Origin: an uncultured Candidatus Saccharibacteria bacterium
Lineage (GTDB): Bacteria; Patescibacteriota; Minisyncoccia; Phycocordibacterales; DATGWK01
Assembly: GCA_964428845.1 (NCBI GenBank)
Contig: CAYRZH010000001.1
Span: 138,990-202,989, forward strand
DNA length: 64,000 nucleotides
Reading direction: 5' to 3'
Positions 39,501 through 48,856 of the stretch are shown here, piece after piece. The first letter of the stretch is position 1, and the number at the start of each line of letters is the position of its first letter. Both the position numbers and the translations under genes were made by a program. Below the pieces are notes generated by a model, which was not told the DNA's origin, made no database searches, and saw only the letters and a program-made list of their open reading frames with translations.

Positions 39501-40253
39501 ATGGAACACGAAACAAAAGCACCAGAAACATCGCCGACACAACAAAATAACTTATCAATTCCCGTAGCGATCGTAATTGCCGGAGTACTTATTGCTGGAG
39601 CATTGTATCTCGGCACATCGAAAGGTGCATCCACGACCACAGTAAATAATCAGCAACCGCAACAAGTGGCACAGCCAACTGGTGATCTTGAAGCCATGAA
39701 AGCTGTCGCAAGCGGTGATCATGTTCGAGGCAACCCAGATGCACCGGTTAAAATCGTAGAATACTCGGACCCGGAATGTCCGTTCTGCAAACGATTTCAT
39801 GACACAATGAAGCAGGTCATGGATGAGTATGGTAAGGACGGTAAGGTCACTTGGGTCTATCGCAATTTTCCACTCGATCAACTTCATCCAAAAGCTCGCA
39901 ATGAGGCCACAGCCATTGAATGCGCTGGTGACCTCGGTGGCAACGATAAATTCTGGGCATACGCTGATCGCCTCTACGAGATCACTCCATCTAACAACAA
40001 TCTTGATCCGGCAGAGCTTCCAAAAATTGCTCAGTATGTCGGTCTTGATGTAGGTAAATTCAACACATGCCTTACGAGTGGTAAATTCACGAAGCACATC
40101 GAGGATGATGTTCAAAATGCAACTGCAACTGGCGGTAATGGCACACCATGGAGCATTGTAGTCGACAAAAATGGTAAGAAATATCCTCTTTCCGGTGCCC
40201 AGCCGTATGCTTCGGTAAAACAACTTATTGATCTTGCATTGCAAGGCAAATAA
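39501..40253 (+). CDS. DsbA-family thioredoxin-fold oxidoreductase
   Basis: DHVRGNPDAPVKIVEYSDPECPFC, GTP, GAQPY. Confidence 0.93.
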   Translation: MEHETKAPETSPTQQNNLSIPVAIVIAGVLIAGALYLGTSKGASTTTVNNQQPQQVAQPTGDLEAMKAVASGDHVRGNPDAPVKIVEYSDPECPFCKRFHDTMKQVMDEYGKDGKVTWVYRNFPLDQLHPKARNEATAIECAGDLGGNDKFWAYADRLYEITPSNNNLDPAELPKIAQYVGLDVGKFNTCLTSGKFTKHIEDDVQNATATGGNGTPWSIVVDKNGKKYPLSGAQPYASVKQLIDLALQGK

Positions 40254-40255
40254 AC

Positions 40256-40804
40256 ATGTTATTTCAAGCTCTGCAAAAAATATTCCGAAGGCCAATGTAT
40301 ATGCTCCTCGCTCTCATCACGAGCTCGGCAGTATTTGCATTCGCCGTATGGCTTCCAAACATTCCATTGATTGTGAAAGTTATGGGACACCCGGGAATAT
40401 CGCTTACGCAGAAGTTTGATCTACCAATCAGTCTCCTGGGCTCAATTGTTACTAACTTCACCTTGCTGTCCGCTTCGTATACCATCGCCATAGCCATTCT
40501 TTTTGGAATGAACGTGTCGATGATCGTGTACTTCTTGCGACGAAGAATCGACGATGTAAAGCAGACGGGAATGACAACAGGACTATTCGGAATTACGAGT
40601 GGAGTCATTGGTATGGGATGCGCCGCATGCGGATCGTTTCTCCTGACCAGCATACTTTCGCTTGTTGGAGCATCGGGAATATTGGCATTCTTGCCTCTGA
40701 ATGGCGGTGAATTCGGTATCCTCGGCGTAGTCCTACTAGGGACGTCGCTCTACATGACGGCAAAGAAAATCCAAAATCCTGCAGTCTGTAAAATTAACCC
40801 TTAA
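40256..40804 (+). CDS. Membrane protein with CxxC
   Basis: About four TMs, GCAACG. Confidence 0.75.
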   Translation: MLFQALQKIFRRPMYMLLALITSSAVFAFAVWLPNIPLIVKVMGHPGISLTQKFDLPISLLGSIVTNFTLLSASYTIAIAILFGMNVSMIVYFLRRRIDDVKQTGMTTGLFGITSGVIGMGCAACGSFLLTSILSLVGASGILAFLPLNGGEFGILGVVLLGTSLYMTAKKIQNPAVCKINP

Positions 40805-40809
40805 TAACC

Positions 40810-41388
40810 ATGAATAATAAAAATGTACAAATATCAATTGCCCTCGCCCTGCTTCTCGTAGGCGGTGCATGGTATCTTGCATCCTCGAAAGAGGACGGGG
40901 CTTCTCCGTTTGTAGCAAACACTGCTCTTGCGGCTAAATTCGACATGCTAAGTAAAAATGGAAATTCTTCGTGCTCGGGTGCGTTCAAAGACTCCATCAA
41001 TAGCATGCCGGAGACTGGCCGGATTCAAGGCTCGTGTTGCAGTCCAATGGATATGCATCGCTACGAAGAGCAAGTTACCGGACTTGAGAAGTATAAAGAC
41101 ATTACAGAGATTCCCTCAGACCCATATGACATCGATGCCAGCTTGGCCAAAAAGCTCAAAGCGTATTACGACGTAGAACTCACACCGGAACAGCAAAAAG
41201 CATACGACTATGCAATGGCAAACTCGATGGAAAAAGGCCCTTGCTGTTGTAAGTGCTGGCGATGGTATGTCTATGGAGGTCTAGGAAAATTACTAATCCA
41301 AAAATATAACTTCACTGGCGAGCAAGTCACTGAAATCTGGAATCTGTCTGATGGATGTGGCGGAGCCGGTGATCATGTAACTCACTAA
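40810..41388 (+). CDS. Exported Cys-rich protein
   Basis: Signal/TM, GSCC, GPCCCKCWRW, DGCGG. Confidence 0.75.
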   Translation: MNNKNVQISIALALLLVGGAWYLASSKEDGASPFVANTALAAKFDMLSKNGNSSCSGAFKDSINSMPETGRIQGSCCSPMDMHRYEEQVTGLEKYKDITEIPSDPYDIDASLAKKLKAYYDVELTPEQQKAYDYAMANSMEKGPCCCKCWRWYVYGGLGKLLIQKYNFTGEQVTEIWNLSDGCGGAGDHVTH

Positions 41389-41393
41389 ACACT

Positions 41394-41936
41394 ATGGACA
41401 ATAATCAACCACTTGAACAATTAAGTAAGAAAGAACGTAAAGAACTCAAACGACAGGAAAAAATGGAGGCTAAAATTGCGGTCGTTCAAACACGTCGCAC
41501 AAAGAAAATCATCCGATGGATTGGGTGGAGTGCATTCAGCGTTGCGACTATTGCAGGTCTTGTTTGGTTGGTCGCCTCAAGACCTCCAATTCCAGAATCT
41601 GATATCGTTTCCCGAAGTGCCTTTCATTGGCATCCGGAAGTTGCAATCTATGTAAAAGGCGAGAAACAAGAGATTCCAGCCAATATCGGTATCGGTTCGG
41701 TTCACCAACCTATTCACACTCATACAGATGATAATAAACAAGGAGTCGTCCATCTAGAATTTCAAGGGCTTGCCAGAAAGCAAGATGTCTCACTCGGTCA
41801 GTTTTTCAAAAACTGGGGTAAGGACATGCGCTCATTCGGCGCGAACATGAAGATGACCGTAAACGGGGAGGAAAATACCGAGTACGAGAATTACGTCATG
41901 CGTGATAAAGACAAAATTGAGATTCGGTTCGACTAG
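41394..41936 (+). CDS. Membrane-anchored His-motif protein
   Basis: Basic N-terminus, TM, HWH..IHTH..VHLE. Confidence 0.75.
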   Translation: MDNNQPLEQLSKKERKELKRQEKMEAKIAVVQTRRTKKIIRWIGWSAFSVATIAGLVWLVASRPPIPESDIVSRSAFHWHPEVAIYVKGEKQEIPANIGIGSVHQPIHTHTDDNKQGVVHLEFQGLARKQDVSLGQFFKNWGKDMRSFGANMKMTVNGEENTEYENYVMRDKDKIEIRFD

Positions 41937-41956
41937 GTTATACACAGTTTACCACC

Positions 41957-41985
41957 TTGACCAATAGGGTATGGGGGTATATACT
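41957..41985 (+). promoter_or_regulatory. Promoter TTGACC-N17-TATACT with G-tract (CsoR-like) operator
   Basis: Spacer aatagggtatgggggta is nearly identical to the spacer upstream of csoR. Confidence 0.75.
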
Positions 41986-41999
41986 AATTGGGTAACCTT

Positions 42000-42404
42000 A
42001 TGAAATATCTTGCAACATTAATGCTAATAACAAGCTTTGCCGGAATAGGCGTTTTTGGCTTTACGCTTGTTGACCATGCCATGATGGATGGTTCAAATAG
42101 TGATTGTGTTGCTTCGGCCATAGATGGAACAGAGTGCCCTACGAACATTATGGCTATGACTTCGCACCATGTTTCCGCCATGCAAACGCTTACGACAACA
42201 TTACCGGCAAATTCCAATTGGCTTTTATTACTTGCATCTCTGCTTCTTGTTTCGGTTTCAGTATTCCTATTCTTCAAAGACTTACTACTTCCAAAACTGG
42301 AGTCTTTACCCCAGCGTCTACGGGACCTAACACTTCACTCTCTTTATAGCAAACAAAAAATCATCTCTTGGCTTTCTCTATTTGAGCTTAGCCCTTCCCT
42401 GTAG
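42000..42404 (+). CDS. His/Met/Cys membrane leader-type protein, similar in layout to 38969-39406
   Basis: TM, DHAMM..C..C..HH, TM, ends WLSLFELSPSL; followed by a hairpin. Confidence 0.7.
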   Translation: MKYLATLMLITSFAGIGVFGFTLVDHAMMDGSNSDCVASAIDGTECPTNIMAMTSHHVSAMQTLTTTLPANSNWLLLLASLLLVSVSVFLFFKDLLLPKLESLPQRLRDLTLHSLYSKQKIISWLSLFELSPSL

Positions 42405-42514
42405 TAACAGCACGCATTAAGCGCAAGCTTTTTTCGTGCTGTTTTTAATATCCTTTTTCGAGGATATTTTTGTTATTTACTAACCTAAATTAATAACTGC
42501 ATGAAAAAAATTAT

Positions 42515-43381
42515 ATGGAAACACTCATAGGAACATCACTGATTGCAGCGTTCGTGGCGGGAGTCGCCGCACTCTTTGCCCCATGTTGTATCACAGTCCT
42601 ACTCCCATCATATTTGGGCAATATCTTCAAAGAGAAGTACAAAATCTTCTTTATGACTTTTGTCTTTTTCTTGGGAGTTTTGACGGTCTTTCTGCCGATC
42701 GGATTGGGAGCTTCATATCTCGCTCAACTATTCAGCGAATATCACAATATAATCTTTACTGTTGGCGGTATCTTCTTGGTTGTGCTGGGGCTAACAATGC
42801 TCCTTGGAAAGAAGTTCGCTACTCCGACATCTGTTCGTGACGGAATGAAGCGGCATGTCTCATCGATCTACGTTCTCGGTATTTTCTCGGCGATTGCCAC
42901 CACATGCTGTGCGCCGGTGCTGGCAGGAGTACTGACGCTTGGGGTTGCAAGCGGCACGATTGTGTGGGGCGCGCTGTATACCCTCGCCTACGTAGTCGGC
43001 ATGACGTTGCCACTGTTCATCATTGCGGCATTCCTCGACAAGGCAAATTTGACCGAACGATTCACTAACGCAAAGAAAACGGTAGCGATGAGGATCGGCG
43101 GTTTCAGTTGGCGTATTACCGTTTCAGAACTGATCTCCGGACTGATATTCCTCTTGATGGGTAGCTATATAACCTACCTGGCCTTCAGCAATAAATTATT
43201 CACCCATTCAAGCTATCAGTTGGAAATGAACCTATGGAACGCCAAATTCTTAGGTGCCATTAATGGCTTCGTGACCTTAGTACCCGAATACATCTGGGCG
43301 CTTCTGTTCATCGGCATAGTGGCGAGCATCTCGTACGTATTTATCAAGCAATATAAAAAACAAAAATATGAGCAAAAATAA
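42515..43381 (+). CDS. ccdA: CcdA/DsbD-like thiol-disulfide transporter
   Basis: FAPCCITVLLPSY and TTCCAPVLAGVL; multi-TM. Confidence 0.88.
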   Translation: METLIGTSLIAAFVAGVAALFAPCCITVLLPSYLGNIFKEKYKIFFMTFVFFLGVLTVFLPIGLGASYLAQLFSEYHNIIFTVGGIFLVVLGLTMLLGKKFATPTSVRDGMKRHVSSIYVLGIFSAIATTCCAPVLAGVLTLGVASGTIVWGALYTLAYVVGMTLPLFIIAAFLDKANLTERFTNAKKTVAMRIGGFSWRITVSELISGLIFLLMGSYITYLAFSNKLFTHSSYQLEMNLWNAKFLGAINGFVTLVPEYIWALLFIGIVASISYVFIKQYKKQKYEQK

Positions 43382-44033
43382 TAATGACAAGAAAATGCCA
43401 GTAGTTACGATCGTTGTTGTTTCTGTCGCTGTGTTAGCTCTAGGGTATTTCCTATTCAAGAGTTCACCGGATAATTCACAAGCAAAACAAAATGTGGCTA
43501 ATAACACAAATGCGAACATGGATAGTATGCATGGTGGAGGATCGGCTGCGAATAGCGATGCCTTGAATTCTCTTATCGGGAAACCTATGCCCGACATTCA
43601 GTTAAGTGATAAAGATGGAAAAACATATACTGCCGCTGACTTCAAAGGAAAGAACACAGTCTTGTTCTTTAACGAAGGTCTTATGTGCTACCCGGCTTGT
43701 TGGAATCAGATGGCTTCATTCGGCAGTGACGAGAGGTTCAACGGTGATCAGATTCAAGCCATATCAGTTGTAGTCGATTCTGCAAAGGACTGGCAAACAG
43801 CGATAGCCAAAATGCCACAACTCGCCAAAGCTACTACCATGTTTGATGCAAATGCTAATGCCTCTAGGCAGTTGGGCATATTAACAACTGCTTCCTCAAT
43901 GCACAGAGGATCCCTGCCTGGCCACACTTACATAGTTATCGATAAAGAAGGAGTTGTCAGGTATGTGTTCGATGATCCGAATATGGCAATAGCAAACGAT
44001 ATGCTTTTTGCCAAAATCGGAGAATTAAATTAA
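43368..44033 (+). CDS. Membrane-anchored redoxin (AhpC/TSA-like)
   Basis: GKPMPDIQL, FKGKNTVLFF..CYPAC, TYIVIDKEGVVRY. Confidence 0.85.
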   Translation: MSKNNNDKKMPVVTIVVVSVAVLALGYFLFKSSPDNSQAKQNVANNTNANMDSMHGGGSAANSDALNSLIGKPMPDIQLSDKDGKTYTAADFKGKNTVLFFNEGLMCYPACWNQMASFGSDERFNGDQIQAISVVVDSAKDWQTAIAKMPQLAKATTMFDANANASRQLGILTTASSMHRGSLPGHTYIVIDKEGVVRYVFDDPNMAIANDMLFAKIGELN

Positions 44034-44045
44034 CAAACCAAAAAT

Positions 44046-44552
44046 ATGGACAAAAAACCAACAATGGAAGAGCTAATTGAAAAAGTTAATAAGCTCAAAG
44101 CTACGGGTGAACTCGATCTTTCAATGGAGGAGGATTTGAGCATAGCCATCATGAATCTCATTAGTCTTGAGGAGCATTTCTTCTTCACTGCCCAAAAAAC
44201 AGGAAAAGACGAATACTTTGATTTGCTCAATCAAACGAGAGAAATTAGAAAACAACTCTTGGCTAAAATGATTAATACACATGAGGGTGAGACATGGTGT
44301 ATTGCAAAGCATCTGCTTGCGACAACAATGCGGTTAATGGAAGTCGGCACTAAGCTTCAATCGTCCGGGAAAAAAGAAGAGTCGAGAGAGATATTCAAAA
44401 AAGCGTATGAAGTTTACTCACTTTTTTGGGCTTTGCGATTGAATCTTATCAGTGTGGCCGAAATGAAAAAAGCCGGAGACAAATCTGACCCTGACAAGCC
44501 GATGACAAAGGAAGATTTACTAAGCAAATTAGTCGATTGCTGTAAGGAATAA
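44046..44552 (+). CDS. Conserved helical hypothetical protein
   Basis: NLISLEEH, WCIAKHLL, C-terminal DCCKE. Confidence 0.75.
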   Translation: MDKKPTMEELIEKVNKLKATGELDLSMEEDLSIAIMNLISLEEHFFFTAQKTGKDEYFDLLNQTREIRKQLLAKMINTHEGETWCIAKHLLATTMRLMEVGTKLQSSGKKEESREIFKKAYEVYSLFWALRLNLISVAEMKKAGDKSDPDKPMTKEDLLSKLVDCCKE

Positions 44553-44569
44553 TCAATTAAAAAATAAAC

Positions 44570-45469
44570 ATGGAAAACGAAAAGGAACACGAAATACAAG
44601 AGGAACTAGTTCAAGAAGACCCAAAAAAGTTTAGTGATAAATATATGCTCCCAATAGCCGTTGTCATCGCGGGAGTCATGGTCGCAGGAGCCATGATCTA
44701 TAACTCTGGAAATCAATCACTACAGGCACAGGCGACGAAAAATTCAAATTCCCAAAATGCTCAAGTAGGGATAGTCGACGGTGGGCGCATACTACCTTTG
44801 GAGACAGAGGAAAAGATGCTTGCCACGCTAACTGCCAACGGTTCTATTGATCCTGCAAAATTGTCTCAAGTAACAGAACTTAACTTGCTCTGGGCATTTG
44901 GCTTAGCGAACAAGAATCAAGTTTTAGAGAGCGGACCTATTATGGACCCAAGATATGGCGGCCCTACAAATATGGCATCGGTTGGAGGCTGGACGGTAAC
45001 AACCGGATCGGTAATGGATCATTACAACAAACATACTCTGGCCACTCTCACGGGAGATCAGCAGGCACTTGTGGAGAAAATTGCAAAAGGAATTTACAGA
45101 CCGTGTTGCAACAATTCAACATATTTCCCGGACTGCAATCATGGCATGGCCATGCTCGGACTTCTTGAATATCTAGCGTCACAAGGAGCAACGGAAGACC
45201 AAATATGGAATGCGGCGATAACGGCCAATATGAGTTGGTTCCCGGATCAATACCAGACAATCTCACAGTATCTAAAAATAAAAGGTATCGATGCAAAAAT
45301 CATAACTCCGCAAATGCTTCTTGGTGCAGAGTACTCAAGTGGTTCGGGGTTTGCAAAGATCGCCGCTCAAGTTCCCCAGTCAGGGCAACAGAAGGGTGGA
45401 AGCGGTTGCGGAGTCGGGACCGGAGAGACGGTTGCGCCACAGCGACAGCAGGGCGGATGTGGAATCTAG
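44570..45469 (+). CDS. Exported Cys-rich protein
   Basis: TM; RPCCNNSTYFPDCNHGMA; C-terminal GSGCGV and GGCGI. Confidence 0.75.
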   Translation: MENEKEHEIQEELVQEDPKKFSDKYMLPIAVVIAGVMVAGAMIYNSGNQSLQAQATKNSNSQNAQVGIVDGGRILPLETEEKMLATLTANGSIDPAKLSQVTELNLLWAFGLANKNQVLESGPIMDPRYGGPTNMASVGGWTVTTGSVMDHYNKHTLATLTGDQQALVEKIAKGIYRPCCNNSTYFPDCNHGMAMLGLLEYLASQGATEDQIWNAAITANMSWFPDQYQTISQYLKIKGIDAKIITPQMLLGAEYSSGSGFAKIAAQVPQSGQQKGGSGCGVGTGETVAPQRQQGGCGI

Positions 45470-45485
45470 TTATACACAGCACTAG

Positions 45486-45514
45486 TTGACATATAGGGTA
45501 TAGGGGTATAGAGT
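45486..45514 (+). promoter_or_regulatory. Promoter TTGACA-N17-TAGAGT with CsoR-like operator
   Basis: Spacer tatagggtataggggta; directly upstream of csoR. Confidence 0.75.
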
Positions 45515-45566
45515 ATAGGTAAAGGTCGATAATAATCAATCTAAATTACCCTATAAACCCTAAATC

Positions 45567-45839
45567 ATGTTAGATCAAAAGTTAAAAAAGAAAGCTACCC
45601 ACCGAGCCAAAATCATTCGCGGCCAGATGGACGGCTTAATAAAAGCAATCGAAGATGAGAAGTATTGTGTTGATTTGATAACGCAGTCTCGATCAATCCA
45701 GCTCTCACTCAAAAGTATGGACAGAGTGCTTCTTGCCAATCACCTTCGAGGCCATGTCAAACACATGCTTAACGATACGAAGCAGGAAAACAAAGCCATC
45801 AAAGAACTCGTTGACCTGTACGCATTGTCAAATAAATAA
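45567..45839 (+). CDS. csoR: CsoR/RcnR-family metal-sensing repressor
   Basis: R.K.IRGQMDGL..YCVDLITQ..HLRGHV. Confidence 0.88.
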   Translation: MLDQKLKKKATHRAKIIRGQMDGLIKAIEDEKYCVDLITQSRSIQLSLKSMDRVLLANHLRGHVKHMLNDTKQENKAIKELVDLYALSNK

Positions 45840-45841
45840 CC

Positions 45842-46051
45842 ATGCGCAAAAAAATCACATCATTCTTAAAAAGGTTTGGGATGCACGAGGTGAAAGATCC
45901 TCAAACGTCCTTTGATGTTGTATGCGGCATGGAACTTACACCTGAAAAAATCAAGCACACCATAGAGCATACGGACGGCACCGCTTATCACTTCTGTTCA
46001 AAGTCGTGCAAGGATCATTTCGTCAACGATCCTCAAAAATACGTAGGCTGA
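45842..46051 (+). CDS. YHS-domain protein
   Basis: DVVCGM..YHFCSKSC..F..DP.KY. Confidence 0.88.
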   Translation: MRKKITSFLKRFGMHEVKDPQTSFDVVCGMELTPEKIKHTIEHTDGTAYHFCSKSCKDHFVNDPQKYVG

Positions 46052-46071
46052 TTAAAAATTAATTCAAAAAT

Positions 46072-46311
46072 ATGAAGATGTCAAAAGTGTTGCATGTTGT
46101 CAGCGTTATATCGGGAGTCTTAGGAGTCCTTTCATTTCTCGGTCTGTTTGGTGGAGGAATGATGTCTGGGTTCTCTGGGATGATGGGATATGGTGGGCAA
46201 GGTTACGCATCCATGCCCATGGGTTCAATAGGGTTCTTTTTGATCGCTATTTGGCTCCAGATCGCCACGATTCATCACATGATGCTTGAGAAGAAGGGAG
46301 AGATTGTCTAG
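46072..46311 (+). CDS. Small Met/Gly-rich membrane protein
   Basis: Two TMs, GGMM repeats, IHHMMLE. Confidence 0.7.
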   Translation: MKMSKVLHVVSVISGVLGVLSFLGLFGGGMMSGFSGMMGYGGQGYASMPMGSIGFFLIAIWLQIATIHHMMLEKKGEIV

Positions 46312-46334
46312 TTAAAAACTAATAATAAAAAATT

Positions 46335-46508
46335 ATGGAAAACGACCATCCATCAAGAAAAGTGTCCGACCCAGTGTGTGGCATGGAGCTTGATATTGAA
46401 AATGTCAGACATTCATTCGAACACGAAGGTACAGAATATTATTTCTGTTCCGAGAAGTGCAAAACTGAATTTATCAATGATCCGGAGAAGTATATTAAAA
46501 AGGATTAA
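46335..46508 (+). CDS. YHS-domain protein, 57 aa (absent from ORF track)
   Basis: MENDHPSRKVSDPVCGMEL..YYFCSEKC..F.NDPEKY. Confidence 0.88.
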   Translation: MENDHPSRKVSDPVCGMELDIENVRHSFEHEGTEYYFCSEKCKTEFINDPEKYIKKD

Positions 46509-46538
46509 TTATCACTCAATTAATAATTAATAAAAAAT

Positions 46539-46802
46539 ATGAATCTCTCACTAAAATCATATGGCTGGAAATGTGTCCTTGGAGCTGAAGTGGCGTATGT
46601 TCTTTGTGTGTTGGGTGGATTTCTTCCACTAAGATCTGCGGCTGGGATACAGCTTCACCACACTATCTTTGAAACTCTACCGGGTTTTGCTTGGATCAGC
46701 TTCGGTAGTTTCATCCTTGGTGCAGTCTACATGTTCGTCTTTGCTTGGGTTTTCGCTTCCTATTTTGTATGGATGCACAATTCAAGTCTTATCAATAAAT
46801 AA
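46539..46802 (+). CDS. Small membrane protein (DUF5676-like)
   Basis: Y.LC..LHH..LPGF.W..SFILG. Confidence 0.7.
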   Translation: MNLSLKSYGWKCVLGAEVAYVLCVLGGFLPLRSAAGIQLHHTIFETLPGFAWISFGSFILGAVYMFVFAWVFASYFVWMHNSSLINK

Positions 46803-46814
46803 TGATTAAACTAT

Positions 46815-47096
46815 ATGCACAACCACAATAAAGACGGAGGAGGCAGAGGAATGATGTGGATGATGATCCCATGCCTACTCCTTGTTGGTGTTCTGTTTCT
46901 TGGTGGAGGCAAGTTGTCTGGAGGTGGATATCTCTGGCCAATTCTTATCGGTGTCTTTGTAATCGCACATGTCTGGATGATGTTAAGAGGACACGGTAGA
47001 CACGGGGATACTAATACGGAAGATAAAATTGATGACGCTTCCGGAAAACAATCTGACACAAAGGATGAACATAAGCATAGCGGCAGTTGCCACTAA
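46815..47096 (+). CDS. His/Met-rich small membrane protein (DUF2933-like)
   Basis: MMWMMIPC, HVWMM..HG.H, ends GSCH. Confidence 0.7.
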   Translation: MHNHNKDGGGRGMMWMMIPCLLLVGVLFLGGGKLSGGGYLWPILIGVFVIAHVWMMLRGHGRHGDTNTEDKIDDASGKQSDTKDEHKHSGSCH

Positions 47097-47104
47097 AAAT
47101 CATT

Positions 47105-47746
47105 ATGGAAAACTCCTATGGCCTCTGGCCACTTGTCATCATAAATTCGCTAGTCTTCATTATCTTTGCGTTCAGCTTTACTAAGCCGAAAACATCGAGG
47201 GATTGGCGATCATTTGGCGCATTCTCAGCGTTTCTTGTTGCCCTGTTTACAGAGATGTACGGTTTTCCATTGACGATATATCTTTTCTCCGGCTGGCTCT
47301 CAACCAAGTTCCCTGGTGTTGATTTCTTTGCTCACAATTCAGGACACCTCTTTGAAGACTTCTTTGGCTGGGGTGGCGATCCACACTTCGGACCGTTCCA
47401 TATCGCCAGCTACATCCTAATTTTCTACGGCTTCGTGTTGCTCTCTAAGGCGTGGAAAGTCCTTTATAAAGCACAGCAAGATCATACTTTAGCAACCTCA
47501 GGGCCTTACGCTCGCATTCGCCATCCGCAATATGTTGGTTTCGTACTGATTATGCTCGGATTTTTCTTGCAGTGGCCTACGATCCTCACTCTTATCATGT
47601 TACCGATTCTTGTTTGGATGTATACACGCCTTGCGCGGAGTGAAGAGAAAGACTCTCAAAAAGAATTCGGAGTGGTATGGGATGAATACGCTAAAAAGAC
47701 CCCTTCTTTCATTCCCCGACGGAAAAAATTAACAGCTAATACTTAA
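47105..47746 (+). CDS. Isoprenylcysteine carboxyl methyltransferase-family membrane protein
   Basis: EMYGFPLTIY, GPYARIRHPQY, EE..FG..Y..TP.FIP. Confidence 0.9.
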   Translation: MENSYGLWPLVIINSLVFIIFAFSFTKPKTSRDWRSFGAFSAFLVALFTEMYGFPLTIYLFSGWLSTKFPGVDFFAHNSGHLFEDFFGWGGDPHFGPFHIASYILIFYGFVLLSKAWKVLYKAQQDHTLATSGPYARIRHPQYVGFVLIMLGFFLQWPTILTLIMLPILVWMYTRLARSEEKDSQKEFGVVWDEYAKKTPSFIPRRKKLTANT

Positions 47747-47751
47747 ACTAT

Positions 47752-47964
47752 ATGGAAAACAGAATCAAATCATTAATTAAAAAGCTGAGTCGGTTTGGTT
47801 TTAGTGTTAAGCCAAAAAATAAAGGTCATATAGATCCTGTGTGTGGTATGGAAGCATCAGCAGACTTATTCAAGGCTGATTACAAAGACAAAAGCTATTA
47901 TTTTTGTTCCGATCATTGTCAACAACAATTCAAAAAAGACCCAGAAACGTATATCACAAAATAA
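47752..47964 (+). CDS. YHS-domain protein
   Basis: DPVCGM..YYFCSDHC..F..DP..Y. Confidence 0.88.
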   Translation: MENRIKSLIKKLSRFGFSVKPKNKGHIDPVCGMEASADLFKADYKDKSYYFCSDHCQQQFKKDPETYITK

Positions 47965-47966
47965 TT

Positions 47967-48410
47967 ATGACCAACAACATCGCAAAACCAATTCTATACG
48001 GAACGATTGCAAGCGTGATTCTGCTTGGAGTTTATTTTGCGGTGCTAACACTAGTTTCCGGATGGAGTTTTGCTCAAAGTCAGTTCGCGGATTTCTGGTA
48101 TTTTATTGTCAGCTTGGTAGTAGGTTTCGGAATTCAGATTGCACTTTATCAATACATTAAGGGCTTGGTGCATAGCGGACAAGGCATGGGCAAAGTGGTT
48201 GGCGTATCAGGGACAACCTCCACGGCAGCCATGATTTCATGCTGTGCCCACTATCTAGTCAATCTGGTGCCCATTCTTGGAGTGACAGGACTCGTTACAT
48301 TTGTAGCACAGTATCAGGTTGAGCTCTTCTGGGTGGGTCTTGTTTCTAATATATTTGGTATCGGATATATGGTAACCAGAGTTATTAAATTCAAAAAAAA
48401 TCATGAGTAA
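47967..48410 (+). CDS. Membrane protein with CCAH motif
   Basis: Four TMs, AMISCCAHY. Confidence 0.75.
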   Translation: MTNNIAKPILYGTIASVILLGVYFAVLTLVSGWSFAQSQFADFWYFIVSLVVGFGIQIALYQYIKGLVHSGQGMGKVVGVSGTTSTAAMISCCAHYLVNLVPILGVTGLVTFVAQYQVELFWVGLVSNIFGIGYMVTRVIKFKKNHE

Positions 48411-48855
48411 AGCAATAACAATACTTTCATTAGCACTTGCGTTTATAGGAGGTTTCTTGTTTTTTTATAATCCGAAATCCGCCCCTACTCCTACTCAAGA
48501 AAATTCTTCAGTATCAGAAACGCAACAAAAATGGGAATCTAAAATTAATGATCAGGCGAGTGTAACTGTAACCGTCACGCCGACTCAGCTTTCGGAGGAA
48601 TCGGGAGAATGGAAGTTTGATGTAGTCATGGATACTCACTCCGTTGAATTGGATCAAGACATGACTAAAGTTGCTATACTTATCGATGAACAGGGCAAAG
48701 AATATAAAGCACTTAACTGGGAGGGACCGACCGGAGGCCACCATAGAGAAGGCATCCTTACCTTTGACAAGATAATGCCTACTCCAAAATCTGTTGAACT
48801 AAAGATTTCCAACATAGGGGGTGTTGTCAGAACTTTTAATTGGCAACTTAAATAA
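48403..48855 (+). CDS. Exported His-motif protein
   Basis: Signal peptide, MDTHSVELD, GGHHREG. Confidence 0.75.
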   Translation: MSKAITILSLALAFIGGFLFFYNPKSAPTPTQENSSVSETQQKWESKINDQASVTVTVTPTQLSEESGEWKFDVVMDTHSVELDQDMTKVAILIDEQGKEYKALNWEGPTGGHHREGILTFDKIMPTPKSVELKISNIGGVVRTFNWQLK

Positions 48856-48856
48856 T

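Noticed and set aside
39555-40295. 246-aa antisense ORF, and similar long shadow ORFs such as 32623-33234 and 20570-21157
   Set aside because: They lie opposite well-supported genes and have no recognisable motifs
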